Below, piece by piece: positions 55,562 through 64,000 of a stretch of 64,000 bases of DNA. The first letter of the stretch is position 1; each line of letters begins with the position of its first letter. The position numbers and the translations under genes are program-made. The notes under the pieces are model-generated. The model worked only from the letters and a program-made list of their open reading frames with translations. It ran no database searches and was not told where the DNA came from. The DNA lies in the NCBI GenBank assembly GCA_050117845.1, contig JASFLY010000002.1:128001-192000 (forward strand), in the 5' to 3' direction. This DNA comes from Candidatus Zixiibacteriota bacterium. GTDB lineage: Bacteria > RBG-13-66-14 > B26-G2 > WVWN01.

Positions 55562-56530
55562 TTAATACATATTTAAGTGAAGCGTATTATCCTCGTATTC
55601 GAACTCGTACGCCTCGGCCGCGCCCTTCTTGAGGGCCGAGCGGTTCTGTTTATCGTCCTTGTAGACCTGTTCGCGCTCGGCCTCGCGGAGCTGGGCCAGG
55701 TAGGTCCCGATTTCCGCGGCCGTCGGGACGTCGCCCAGGTCGCCGGCCAGCGCCGCGTCCATGGCGTAGCTCGTTAACAGCCGCGGCCACATCTTCACGA
55801 AGAGGTCGTGGTTGCCGAAGACGTCCCCGGCCACGACCTCCCCCTCCGCCACGACCACGACGCCCACGACGTCGACGTCCTTCCCGACGTCCTTAAAGGC
55901 CTTTTCGTAGCTGTTTACCTTATCCTTGAATTCCTTGCTGTCGTAGCTGGCGGTCAGCGCGTCCGTGTCGGTCACGGTGCCGCGCTCGGCGTTGACCATC
56001 GAGACCTCGCTCCAGACCTCGCTCTGGTCCATTTTGCCCTGGGCGGCGTTGCGGACCTTGGCCGGGGCAATCTCCTTGGCGTAGCTGAAGTGGGTGCTCT
56101 TCTCCTCCCAGCGGCCGGCCTCTACGCAGAACGCGTCCACGTTGAACTTGCCGCCCGGCGGAATGACGGTGTCGTAGGATACGATGCGGTCCTGCTTGGC
56201 CCCGCGGATCATCTCGCCGGCGAGCAGGACGACGCTCTTGTCGGTGTTGTTGTGGACCTCGAGGGTGTTGACCTCGGCGCCCTCCTCGATTTCCTTTATC
56301 TTGAACTTGCCGGTCTCCTGGGCTTCGGCCATGGTGAGGATGTCGCCCAGCTTCTCGCCGCCCCCGGGCAGATAGACGGGGTACACGGCGAGGTTCTCGT
56401 GTATCACGGGGTCGCCGATGTCGAGGCCCTTGATGAAGTCCTCGTCGGCGATGCCCGGCGCCGGGGCGGACAGCGTTATGAGCACCAGCGCCCCCACGAC
56501 GGTAGATAATATGATTGCGGCCTTCTTCAC
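55562..56530 (-). CDS. DUF6569/ARPP-1-family protein with N-terminal signal or anchor
   Basis: ENLAVYPV, VNTL.V.N, LLAGEMIRGAKQDR, FCVEAGRW, QSEVW, WPRLLTSYAMDA; GGAGG SD. Confidence 0.8.
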   Translation of the reverse strand: MKKAAIILSTVVGALVLITLSAPAPGIADEDFIKGLDIGDPVIHENLAVYPVYLPGGGEKLGDILTMAEAQETGKFKIKEIEEGAEVNTLEVHNNTDKSVVLLAGEMIRGAKQDRIVSYDTVIPPGGKFNVDAFCVEAGRWEEKSTHFSYAKEIAPAKVRNAAQGKMDQSEVWSEVSMVNAERGTVTDTDALTASYDSKEFKDKVNSYEKAFKDVGKDVDVVGVVVVAEGEVVAGDVFGNHDLFVKMWPRLLTSYAMDAALAGDLGDVPTAAEIGTYLAQLREAEREQVYKDDKQNRSALKKGAAEAYEFEYEDNTLHLNMY

Positions 56531-56633
56531 GGCCCGACCTCCTTGGCTCGGTATTATGAATGTCGCGTATGAATGATAACGTTTGGACGCGGCGGGGGCG
56601 TTGGGAGTTTAATGAGACCTACTTATCGAAGCG

Positions 56634-58439
56634 TCACGAAGATTCGATTAACGGGTTTTCCGCGCCGAACAATAAATCCCAGTAATTACCGCTTATACAT
56701 TTAACGTCTTCGCCGCTTAATTTCGCTAAATAACAATCCGATAATATTGAAAATTTAATTAATGCATCAAAGATATCCAGCTTATCCCTTGGAGTCCCGT
56801 CTAGTTTAGTTACCGCATCTATTAGACTGTCTACATATGAATGTAAATTCTCTACTAAAGTACTTAAATAAGGTAACGAACGAGCGCTGTGTACGATCTG
56901 GTTACGCATATTATAAATCCGCCTTATATGCCAAATAACCAAGGCGCGGTATTCTCGAATCGAATTCTCTATACGTTTTGATGAATAGAAATAATCGTGG
57001 CAACGGAATACCCGATACTTAAGAAGGGGGTGCTCATTTAATAAACCGTAAAGGCGCGACCGCATATCTTTCATATCTTCACACACAATAATCTTAGTCG
57101 CTTTTTCTAGAAAATCGCCGGTGCTAGAAGAATCCTCGATAAAGTTCCTGACTAACGATCCGCCGTATCTTAGATTATCAGCCATATAACTAAATAACCT
57201 TAACGTATAAGAGAGGGTAAGAACAGGGACTAACATATTGGTATAATACGTAATCCTATCCTGTTTCTTTTTAGTTACGGGGATAAATCCCTCTAAAGTT
57301 ACCCATAGGTCAAGGAGTTTATTTTCGTTTGTTAGCGTTTTGAGTGCTGCCGCGTGGTATTCGAACGCGCGTTTTATACCGCGTTTAGCAGATTCGGCGA
57401 AAGTTTTACCTCCAAAGATATTAATCGCATTTAAGATTGACGTTTTTGTACTTGCGTCCGCCCTAACATCGCCGCAAAACATCGGGTTAATTCGCCGTTC
57501 TAGCAATTCCAAATATTGCGTTTCTTCGTTAATTATTAATGATTTATTCGACCATTCGAAGTTGGCGTGGTGATCGTAAAAACTACATACGCTGATAAAC
57601 GCTTCTAATAGGTATTCTGCGGTATCTCTCGCGGTAAAGAATTCTTTTGCTTTAATCTCGGGTATCGTGATATAAAGAGGGAACCTTGTATTAACAGCTA
57701 AGAACTCGTCGGCCCAAACTAATTCACGTTCGACTACAGGCTTAATTACAGTTATATTTATCCCGTATTCCTCGGATAATCCCGAAAATTCGGAAAAAAC
57801 CTCGGTCCCCCGAAAAACAACACTCCAGCTTCTTGTTTCCTTATCGAATAGTTTTAGAAAACCTATAATTTGCCGCGGATCGTATATCCTCGTTGGATCA
57901 TTATTTGGGTCGAAGAAAAATTCGTTATTAGTACGATATAGGAATTGCCTATCGAAACCTTCCAATTCGATTTCTGCCGTAAAGGTCTGAGCTAGCTTTA
58001 GTAACTCTTCCTTTTTACGCGGCTTTAAAACGGCTTCAATAATCTTCTCCTTTAAAGCTGGCCAATAAACTGAACTTATTTCTTTCAATAAAGCTAATGA
58101 TAACGAACTTAACTCTTCAGGCGTATTTGACGAAACATTTAACCTCCGGCAAATTGTCGTTATAACACCGCTACTTCCTCCGCTAATCACCGCATCATTT
58201 TTTATACTCCACTTCAGTTCTTCAATGATTGGTTCAACTGCGCTAGAAGTTACTTTCCCGTCATCGTATTGAGTGGCTATATAATAGAGTTCGTAAGCTC
58301 TTGAGTGCGTATTGAGCGCCGGAGCTCGAAACCCGTCGAAGGTATGGTGAAACAAGAATTCTTCTATCGCTTGTGCGAAAAACAGGACCCCTTCTAGTTG
58401 GGGTGTATACCGCCACTTAGTTAAATCCGGTTGTCTCAT
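56634..58439 (-). CDS. AT-rich protein with a C-terminal HEPN-like domain (candidate defence RNase)
   Basis: ENKLLDLWVTLEG and RIYNMRNQIVH (RxxxxH); composition foreign to the host. Confidence 0.7.
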   Translation of the reverse strand: MRQPDLTKWRYTPQLEGVLFFAQAIEEFLFHHTFDGFRAPALNTHSRAYELYYIATQYDDGKVTSSAVEPIIEELKWSIKNDAVISGGSSGVITTICRRLNVSSNTPEELSSLSLALLKEISSVYWPALKEKIIEAVLKPRKKEELLKLAQTFTAEIELEGFDRQFLYRTNNEFFFDPNNDPTRIYDPRQIIGFLKLFDKETRSWSVVFRGTEVFSEFSGLSEEYGINITVIKPVVERELVWADEFLAVNTRFPLYITIPEIKAKEFFTARDTAEYLLEAFISVCSFYDHHANFEWSNKSLIINEETQYLELLERRINPMFCGDVRADASTKTSILNAINIFGGKTFAESAKRGIKRAFEYHAAALKTLTNENKLLDLWVTLEGFIPVTKKKQDRITYYTNMLVPVLTLSYTLRLFSYMADNLRYGGSLVRNFIEDSSSTGDFLEKATKIIVCEDMKDMRSRLYGLLNEHPLLKYRVFRCHDYFYSSKRIENSIREYRALVIWHIRRIYNMRNQIVHSARSLPYLSTLVENLHSYVDSLIDAVTKLDGTPRDKLDIFDALIKFSILSDCYLAKLSGEDVKCISGNYWDLLFGAENPLIESS

Positions 58440-58565
58440 AGTATAAACCTCGTTGACTTAGAACAAAAGTATGCTTTAGGGGGAAATTATGATATAAAAT
58501 AGCTCGGTTATCAACCTTGGATTAACAAGATACTAAGGATCCGAGTAAAGGAAGGTTATACGCTT

Positions 58566-58829
58566 ATGTTCGAGGGTTTCAGTCTGCTCCATTTAGTTTG
58601 GTTCATCATTATCGGCGGCTTCGTCGGCTGGCTGGCGGGCCTCGCGTTCCGGCGGCGGGGCTTCGGCTGCCTCGGGAACGTAATAGTCGGCATAGTCGGC
58701 GCGTTGTTCGGCGGCGTGTTGTTCCGGTTCGTCGGCTGGCATTTCGGCGGCCTTATCGGCGGCCTCTTCACGTCGTTCGTCGGCGCGGTTCTCTTCCTCG
58801 TCGTAGTCGGCCTGTTCAAAAAGCGCTAG
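58566..58829 (+). CDS. GlsB/YeaQ/YmgE (transglycosylase-associated) membrane protein
   Basis: IIGGFVGWLAG...GNVIVGIVGALFGG...VGAVLFL. Confidence 0.9.
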   Translation: MFEGFSLLHLVWFIIIGGFVGWLAGLAFRRRGFGCLGNVIVGIVGALFGGVLFRFVGWHFGGLIGGLFTSFVGAVLFLVVVGLFKKR

Positions 58830-58950
58830 CGGCCGGCCCGTACCATAATCAGAGAGGGCGGCGCACCGACCTCTCGTACCCGTGAATATATTTACCGGGA
58901 CTCACGCCGGCCGGCCCCCCCTCCCCCCCCGGGGCCGGAAGGAGGCGTTT

Positions 58951-60405
58951 ATGGCCAGGGTCACGTTAATAGTAAGCTGGATTTTGTTAATCGCGTCGGC
59001 GGCCGCCACGGCGGCGGAAGCGGAGACGGAGATGACGCAAGGCCGCTACTGGTATTTCATAGATAATATCCAGTACGAGGCCGAGGACGGCGAGTTCCGC
59101 CTCTGGGCCGCGCTGCCCGTGGACCACCCGGGCCAGGAGGTCGAAATCGGCGACATCTACCCGGAGCCGTACGCCGTAACGACCGACGAGCTGACGGGGA
59201 CCACCGTCGTCTTCTGGCGGCTGACGGACCTTCCCGCCGGCGGCTCGTTCTATTGCTATTACGACTTCGAGTTCGCCCCGGAGGAGGTGCGGCTGGGGGA
59301 CATCGACCCGGCGACGCTCGAGCCGTACGACGTGGAGTCGGAGGAATATAAGCGGTTCACGAAGAGCGAGCCCTGGATCGAGGTCAACGACGACATCCGC
59401 GCCAAGGCCCGGGAGATAGTCGGCGACGAAAAGAACCCGCTCCTCCGCGCCCGCCTCATCTACGACTGGGTCCTCGATAATATGGCCTACGAGTACCCCG
59501 CACCCAACAACCGCGGCGCCGCGAAGTCCTTCGCGCGGCTCAAGGGGGACTGCGGCGAGTTCAGCACGGTCTTCTGCGCGCTGTGCCGGGCGCTAGGGAT
59601 ACCGGCGCGCAACGTCGTGTGCGTCTGGTTCACCGAGGCCGGCCACGCCTGGGCGGAGATACTCCTGCCGCCGTACGGATGGGTGCCGGTGGATACGTCC
59701 GTGGGCCAGGCCCTGGCGGGAACGTCGGCCGCCTTCCCGGGCGACGAAGTCTTTATGAAGTTCATGGATTCGAGGGGCATCCCGGACGCGGACCGGTACT
59801 ACACCTTCGGCAACCTCTACCCCAATCGCCTGATAGTGTTCGTGGGTAATAATATAGAGTTGAAGTACCCGGATCTCGGCGTCGAGAAGACTTTCAAATT
59901 CTTGCAGCCGGGCGGCCTTATGGCCATGCCGCCGGCGGCCGAGGCCGTGGGCCTGTCGGACAAGACGATCCACGCCGGCTTCTATATCTTCGGCGACGAT
60001 TGCCGGGACGTCGAGGCGGCGCGGGACCGGGCCGACCGCGAGCTGGCCATGCTCTACGTCATGACCGAGCAGTACGAGAAGGCCGAGGGCGCGCTCCTCA
60101 AGAAGCTGGAGGGCAGGCCGGACGACGCGTTGGTTCTGCTCAACCTGGGCCAGACCTACGTCGCGCTCGGCAAAACGGAAGAGGCCGTGGCCGCGTTGGA
60201 AAAATGCCTCGTCGGCAAAGGCGGCAGCATCAAACCCGTGCTGGACGTCTGGGCGCACAACTTCCTGGGCGTATGTTACGAGGAGCAGGGGGACGCGGAG
60301 GCCGCCCGGGCCGAGTTCCAGCTCGTCCTCGACAGCGAGATAGACTTCCAGGGCTCCCTGGACTTCGCAAAGGAGCACGTGAAGGAGTTGGAGAGCGGGG
60401 AGTAG
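58951..60405 (+). CDS. Exported transglutaminase-like cysteine protease with C-terminal TPRs
   Basis: AAGGAGG SD; intact triad GDCGEF / GHAWAE / WVPVD. Confidence 0.88.
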   Translation: MARVTLIVSWILLIASAAATAAEAETEMTQGRYWYFIDNIQYEAEDGEFRLWAALPVDHPGQEVEIGDIYPEPYAVTTDELTGTTVVFWRLTDLPAGGSFYCYYDFEFAPEEVRLGDIDPATLEPYDVESEEYKRFTKSEPWIEVNDDIRAKAREIVGDEKNPLLRARLIYDWVLDNMAYEYPAPNNRGAAKSFARLKGDCGEFSTVFCALCRALGIPARNVVCVWFTEAGHAWAEILLPPYGWVPVDTSVGQALAGTSAAFPGDEVFMKFMDSRGIPDADRYYTFGNLYPNRLIVFVGNNIELKYPDLGVEKTFKFLQPGGLMAMPPAAEAVGLSDKTIHAGFYIFGDDCRDVEAARDRADRELAMLYVMTEQYEKAEGALLKKLEGRPDDALVLLNLGQTYVALGKTEEAVAALEKCLVGKGGSIKPVLDVWAHNFLGVCYEEQGDAEAARAEFQLVLDSEIDFQGSLDFAKEHVKELESGE

Positions 60406-60451
60406 AGCGAAAAACGCCGGAAAAAGCGGCTCGGCGCGGGGAACGCCCTAT

Positions 60452-60480
60452 TTGACTATCCCCCGCCGAGCCGTTATAAT
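60452..60480 (+). promoter_or_regulatory. sigma70-type promoter overlapped by an inverted repeat
   Basis: TTGACT-N17-TATAAT. Confidence 0.75.
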
Positions 60481-60513
60481 TGTATTCGAAGCGACCAACT
60501 ATCGGAGGAGAGT

Positions 60514-62160
60514 ATGGACCTTAAAAAGGTAATCGCGGCCGCCCTGGTGCTCAAGGCGGCGTTTGTTTTTGCCGGCGAGTGGACCATAGAGATCCCGGAC
60601 GGCACCGGCGACGCCGGTTGGTGCATATCGTTGGTCCTCGGCGAAGGCGACAAGCCCCACATATCGTACAACTACGGCTTCGTCGGCGGCGATGATCTTA
60701 TGTACGCGTACAAGGAGGGCGGGACGTGGCACACGGAGGTCGCCGACGACGCGGCCGCTTACTCGGGTCGAGATACGTCGATCTGCGTGGACGCAAACGG
60801 CCGGCCTCGTATAGCGGTGGCTTTACAATCCGGTAGCCCGGGCATACGTTTCGCCGAGAAAAACGGGTCCCAGTGGAATACGACTACGGTGGATTCCGGC
60901 GTGAAGGTGAGGCGCGTGGCGCTGGTAACGGATTCGAACGGCCGGTACCATATCCTGTACGACGACCGGGATACATTCCACCTCAAATACGCGTATTACG
61001 ACGGCTCGTCGTGGAACGTAACCACCGTGGACACGACGCCGACCGGGTGGATCTCGGCCGTCGACGTGGCCATCGACGCCGCCGACCACCTCCACGTCAT
61101 ATACGACGTGGACGGGGACGTTAAATACGGATACTACGACGGCGCGTCGTGGCAACTCGCCTTTATCGAAAACAGTATTTTATGCGGCAGCTTATCGATA
61201 GCCGTCGGGCCGGACGATAAACCCCACGCCGTCTACTACGAAGAAAACGCCGATTACGTAAAATACGCCTACTACGATTCCGGCCAATGGAATATAGAGA
61301 ACGTCGTCAGCCAAATCCCGGACGCCGCGCCCGCCGTCGCCATCGCGGTCGATGCGGGCGGCGAAGCCCATATCGCTTACGCCAAATGGAACAGCATATC
61401 CGATAAGGACCTCATATACGCCCACCGGGACAACGGTACGTGGCAGTTTACGACCGTCGACGACGAGGGCGACCTGGGCCTGTCGCTCGACATCGCCCTC
61501 GACCATTGGGGTTTCCCCCACGTCGCGTACCACCGCTGCACCGGTTCGTTGGGCGAGCTCAAATACGCCTGGTACTACGACGACAACGCCATCGAGCTGG
61601 CCGGCTTCACGGCCTCGGGCGCGAGCGAGAGCGCTATAGACCTCTCCTGGCGGGCCCGGGCCACCGCGGGCGAGAGAATCGCGGGCTTCGACCTGTACCG
61701 GCGCCGGGCCGGCGCGGCGGGCGTGAGCAGCGATTCATGGACCAAGGTGAACTCCTCGCTCATCGTCGGCGAGAACCCGTACTCGTATCGGGACGCGGCC
61801 CTCGAGGCCGCCACCGGGTACGAATACCGCCTCGAAGCGATAGTCGCGAACGAGGCCGAGGCGCTCGGGACGGCCTCCGGGGCCACCCTCGGCGCGGCGA
61901 GGCCCTTCGCGCTCCGGGCCGCCTATCCCAACCCGACGACGGGCGCCGTGACGTTCTCGTTCGCGCTGGCCGGGGCGACCGACGCCGAACTGGCCGTCTT
62001 CGATCTCGCCGGCCGCCGCGTGGCCACGCCGCTGTGCGGGCCGCTCGCCGCGGGCGACCACGACGTAAGCACGGCCCTCGACCTCGCGCCGGGCGTTTAC
62101 CTGTACCGCCTGGAGGCCGCGGGTTTCTCGGCGACGCGCCGCCTGGCCGTCGTCGAGTAG
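60514..62160 (+). CDS. Secreted beta-propeller repeat protein with T9SS-type C-terminal domain
   Basis: Repeats SIAVD..PHI.Y...LKYA...W...VD; AYPNP...VFDLAGRRV...PGVYLYRL. Confidence 0.85.
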   Translation: MDLKKVIAAALVLKAAFVFAGEWTIEIPDGTGDAGWCISLVLGEGDKPHISYNYGFVGGDDLMYAYKEGGTWHTEVADDAAAYSGRDTSICVDANGRPRIAVALQSGSPGIRFAEKNGSQWNTTTVDSGVKVRRVALVTDSNGRYHILYDDRDTFHLKYAYYDGSSWNVTTVDTTPTGWISAVDVAIDAADHLHVIYDVDGDVKYGYYDGASWQLAFIENSILCGSLSIAVGPDDKPHAVYYEENADYVKYAYYDSGQWNIENVVSQIPDAAPAVAIAVDAGGEAHIAYAKWNSISDKDLIYAHRDNGTWQFTTVDDEGDLGLSLDIALDHWGFPHVAYHRCTGSLGELKYAWYYDDNAIELAGFTASGASESAIDLSWRARATAGERIAGFDLYRRRAGAAGVSSDSWTKVNSSLIVGENPYSYRDAALEAATGYEYRLEAIVANEAEALGTASGATLGAARPFALRAAYPNPTTGAVTFSFALAGATDAELAVFDLAGRRVATPLCGPLAAGDHDVSTALDLAPGVYLYRLEAAGFSATRRLAVVE

Positions 62161-62182
62161 GGTCATGATTTAGGAAAATGTT

Positions 62183-62209
62183 GAGGCGGCCCGAAGGCCG
62201 CCTTTTTTA
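62183..62209 (+). terminator. Intrinsic terminator
   Basis: GAGGCGGCC-CGAA-GGCCGCCTTTTTT. Confidence 0.85.
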
Positions 62210-62279
62210 TGCTTGCCCGACGGGCCGGCATATTATATTTTTATACCCTTTCAGCTATCCCGTAACAGAGGAGTAATAT

Positions 62280-64000
62280 ATGGCCCCCACCCACGGTTCC
62301 GTCGCTCTGCAGGTGCTCGCCGGCCTATTGGTCGCGGCCGCCTTCGTCCTCTTCGGATGGGCGTGTTTGAAACGTTTCCTAATGCTCCGGGCCGGCCGGC
62401 CGGAGAACCGCTTCGACCAGCTCGGCCGCCGCTTCGGCGATTTCGTGGGGCTCGTCTTCGGCCAGCGCCTGGTCCTCCGCGAACGCCTTCCGGGCACGGC
62501 GCACGTCCTCATCTTCTGGGGCTTTTTGGTCGTGGCCGCGGCCAACCTGGTCTTCATGATCGAGGGCTTCTGGGAAGGTTTCCGCATACCGTACGTGACG
62601 GACGCCGGATGGTATCACTTCATTTTCGACGTCTTCGTCGTTCTCGTCATCGTCGGCGTGGCGGTGGCGTTCCTGCGGCGCGTCATCCTCCGGCCGACGG
62701 GGCCCACGGGCGGCTTCGGCGCCTACTTCATCCTCTTTTTAATATTCATACTCATGTTCACGGACCTCGTTATCGAGGGTTACCTGCTGGGTACCGCCGG
62801 CGTCAGGCCGGCGTCGATGCCGGCGGGTTCGCTCTCGGCCGCGCTCTTCGCGGGGCTGGGCCTCATAGGGCCCAAATGGTTCGGCCTCTACGCCGTAAGC
62901 TGGTGGGTGCACCTGGTCGCGCTGCTCGTCTTTTTGGTCTACATCCCGATGTCGAAGCACCTCCACCTCCTGGCCGGCCCCTTCAACGAGTTCTTCCGGG
63001 ACCTGAAACCCCGCGGCGTCGTCCGCGACTGCGACGTGGAGGACGAGGACGCCGACCACTTCGGCGTCGTGCGCGCGGACGAATTCACCTGGCGCCAGTT
63101 GCTCGACCTCTACGCCTGCGTCGAGTGCGGCCGTTGTCAGGACAACTGCCCGGCCTTCAATACCGACAAACCCCTCTCGCCCAAAAAGGTCATCACGGAC
63201 CTCAAGCACGACTTCATGCACTACGGCCTGAAAATCGCGAAGCTGGCCCGGGCGCCAGTCGAGAAGGAAGAGGGCGTGGGCCTGGCGGGCCCCGTGGTCA
63301 ACGACGACGAACTCTGGGCCTGCACCACCTGCATGGCCTGCGTCGAGCACTGCCCCATCAACGTGGAGCACGTCGACAAGATAGTCGACCTGCGCCGGGA
63401 CCTCGTTCTCAACGAGGGCCGGGTCCCCCACGAACTCAACGCCGCCATGAACGGCGTCGAGCGCAACAACAACCCCTACGGCCTGCCCTCCGCCGACAGG
63501 ATGAAGTGGGCCAACGGCATGGGCGTTCCCGTCTTCGCCAAAGGGGCCGAGGCCGAGTACTGCTTCTGGGTATCGTGCCTGGGGTCCTACGACGACCGCG
63601 GCCAGCGCGTCGCCCGGGCCATGGTGAAACTCTTGGACGCGGCCGGCGTCTCCTACGCCGTCCTGGGGGAGGAGGAGGGCTGCTGCGCCGAGGCGTTCCG
63701 GCGGCTGGGCCACGAGTACCTGTATAAAATGAAGCTGGACGAGAACGCCGCGGCCTTCGAGCAGTACGGCATCAAGAAGCTAATAACGGCGTGCCCCCAC
63801 TGCTACAACACCTTCAAGCACGAATACGCGTCCCTCGGCCACGAGCTGGAGGTTTACCATCATACGGAATTCCTGAAGGGCCTGGTCGACGACGGCAAAC
63901 TCGAAATAACCGGCGACCCGGCCGGGGCCGTGGCCTATCACGACTCCTGCTATTTGGGCCGCTACAACGGCCTGTACGACGCGCCGCGGGAACTCGTGCG
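62280..64000 (+). CDS. FadF/HdrD-like membrane Fe-S oxidoreductase with CCG domains (3'-truncated by the window; not in the ORF track)
   Basis: GAGGAG SD, ATG 62280 (MAPTHGSV...); TM region, SKHLH, CVECGRCQDNCP, CTTCMACVEHCP, EGCC, TACPHC, YHDSCYLGR. Confidence 0.9.
   Translation, partial: MAPTHGSVALQVLAGLLVAAAFVLFGWACLKRFLMLRAGRPENRFDQLGRRFGDFVGLVFGQRLVLRERLPGTAHVLIFWGFLVVAAANLVFMIEGFWEGFRIPYVTDAGWYHFIFDVFVVLVIVGVAVAFLRRVILRPTGPTGGFGAYFILFLIFILMFTDLVIEGYLLGTAGVRPASMPAGSLSAALFAGLGLIGPKWFGLYAVSWWVHLVALLVFLVYIPMSKHLHLLAGPFNEFFRDLKPRGVVRDCDVEDEDADHFGVVRADEFTWRQLLDLYACVECGRCQDNCPAFNTDKPLSPKKVITDLKHDFMHYGLKIAKLARAPVEKEEGVGLAGPVVNDDELWACTTCMACVEHCPINVEHVDKIVDLRRDLVLNEGRVPHELNAAMNGVERNNNPYGLPSADRMKWANGMGVPVFAKGAEAEYCFWVSCLGSYDDRGQRVARAMVKLLDAAGVSYAVLGEEEGCCAEAFRRLGHEYLYKMKLDENAAAFEQYGIKKLITACPHCYNTFKHEYASLGHELEVYHHTEFLKGLVDDGKLEITGDPAGAVAYHDSCYLGRYNGLYDAPRELV

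Overview
High-GC, Gram-negative-type bacterial chromosome segment. T9SS-like C-terminal domains, two PorV-like barrels and an archaeal-type FBP aldolase/phosphatase suggest an uncultured FCB-related lineage (inference only). I call about 60 CDS and see no rRNA, tRNA, CRISPR array, integrase, transposase or reverse transcriptase. Main points: (1) a tandem array of 13 intact, co-oriented, mosaic lipoprotein paralogues (31276-39256), each with a lipobox, an acidic +2 region and a conserved C-terminal tail P-x-S-[LFV]-G-R-[VI]-L-A-x-[YF]; (2) two eukaryote-like GT-C protein-mannosyltransferase homologues with TPR tails, one DPY19-like (5023-7236) and one TMEM260/DUF2723-like (11867-13954); (3) a sigma-less partner-switching module (HAMP-PP2C, RsbW kinase, STAS-GAF-GAF-HD-GYP) inside a PorV/TPR/deacetylase operon; (4) composite GTRG-type REP elements, one apparently split by an AT-rich small-ORF island bounded by 61-bp direct repeats; (5) an AT-rich solo HEPN gene and two apparent secreted pseudoenzymes. 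Family assignments come from recalled motifs, not from database searches.
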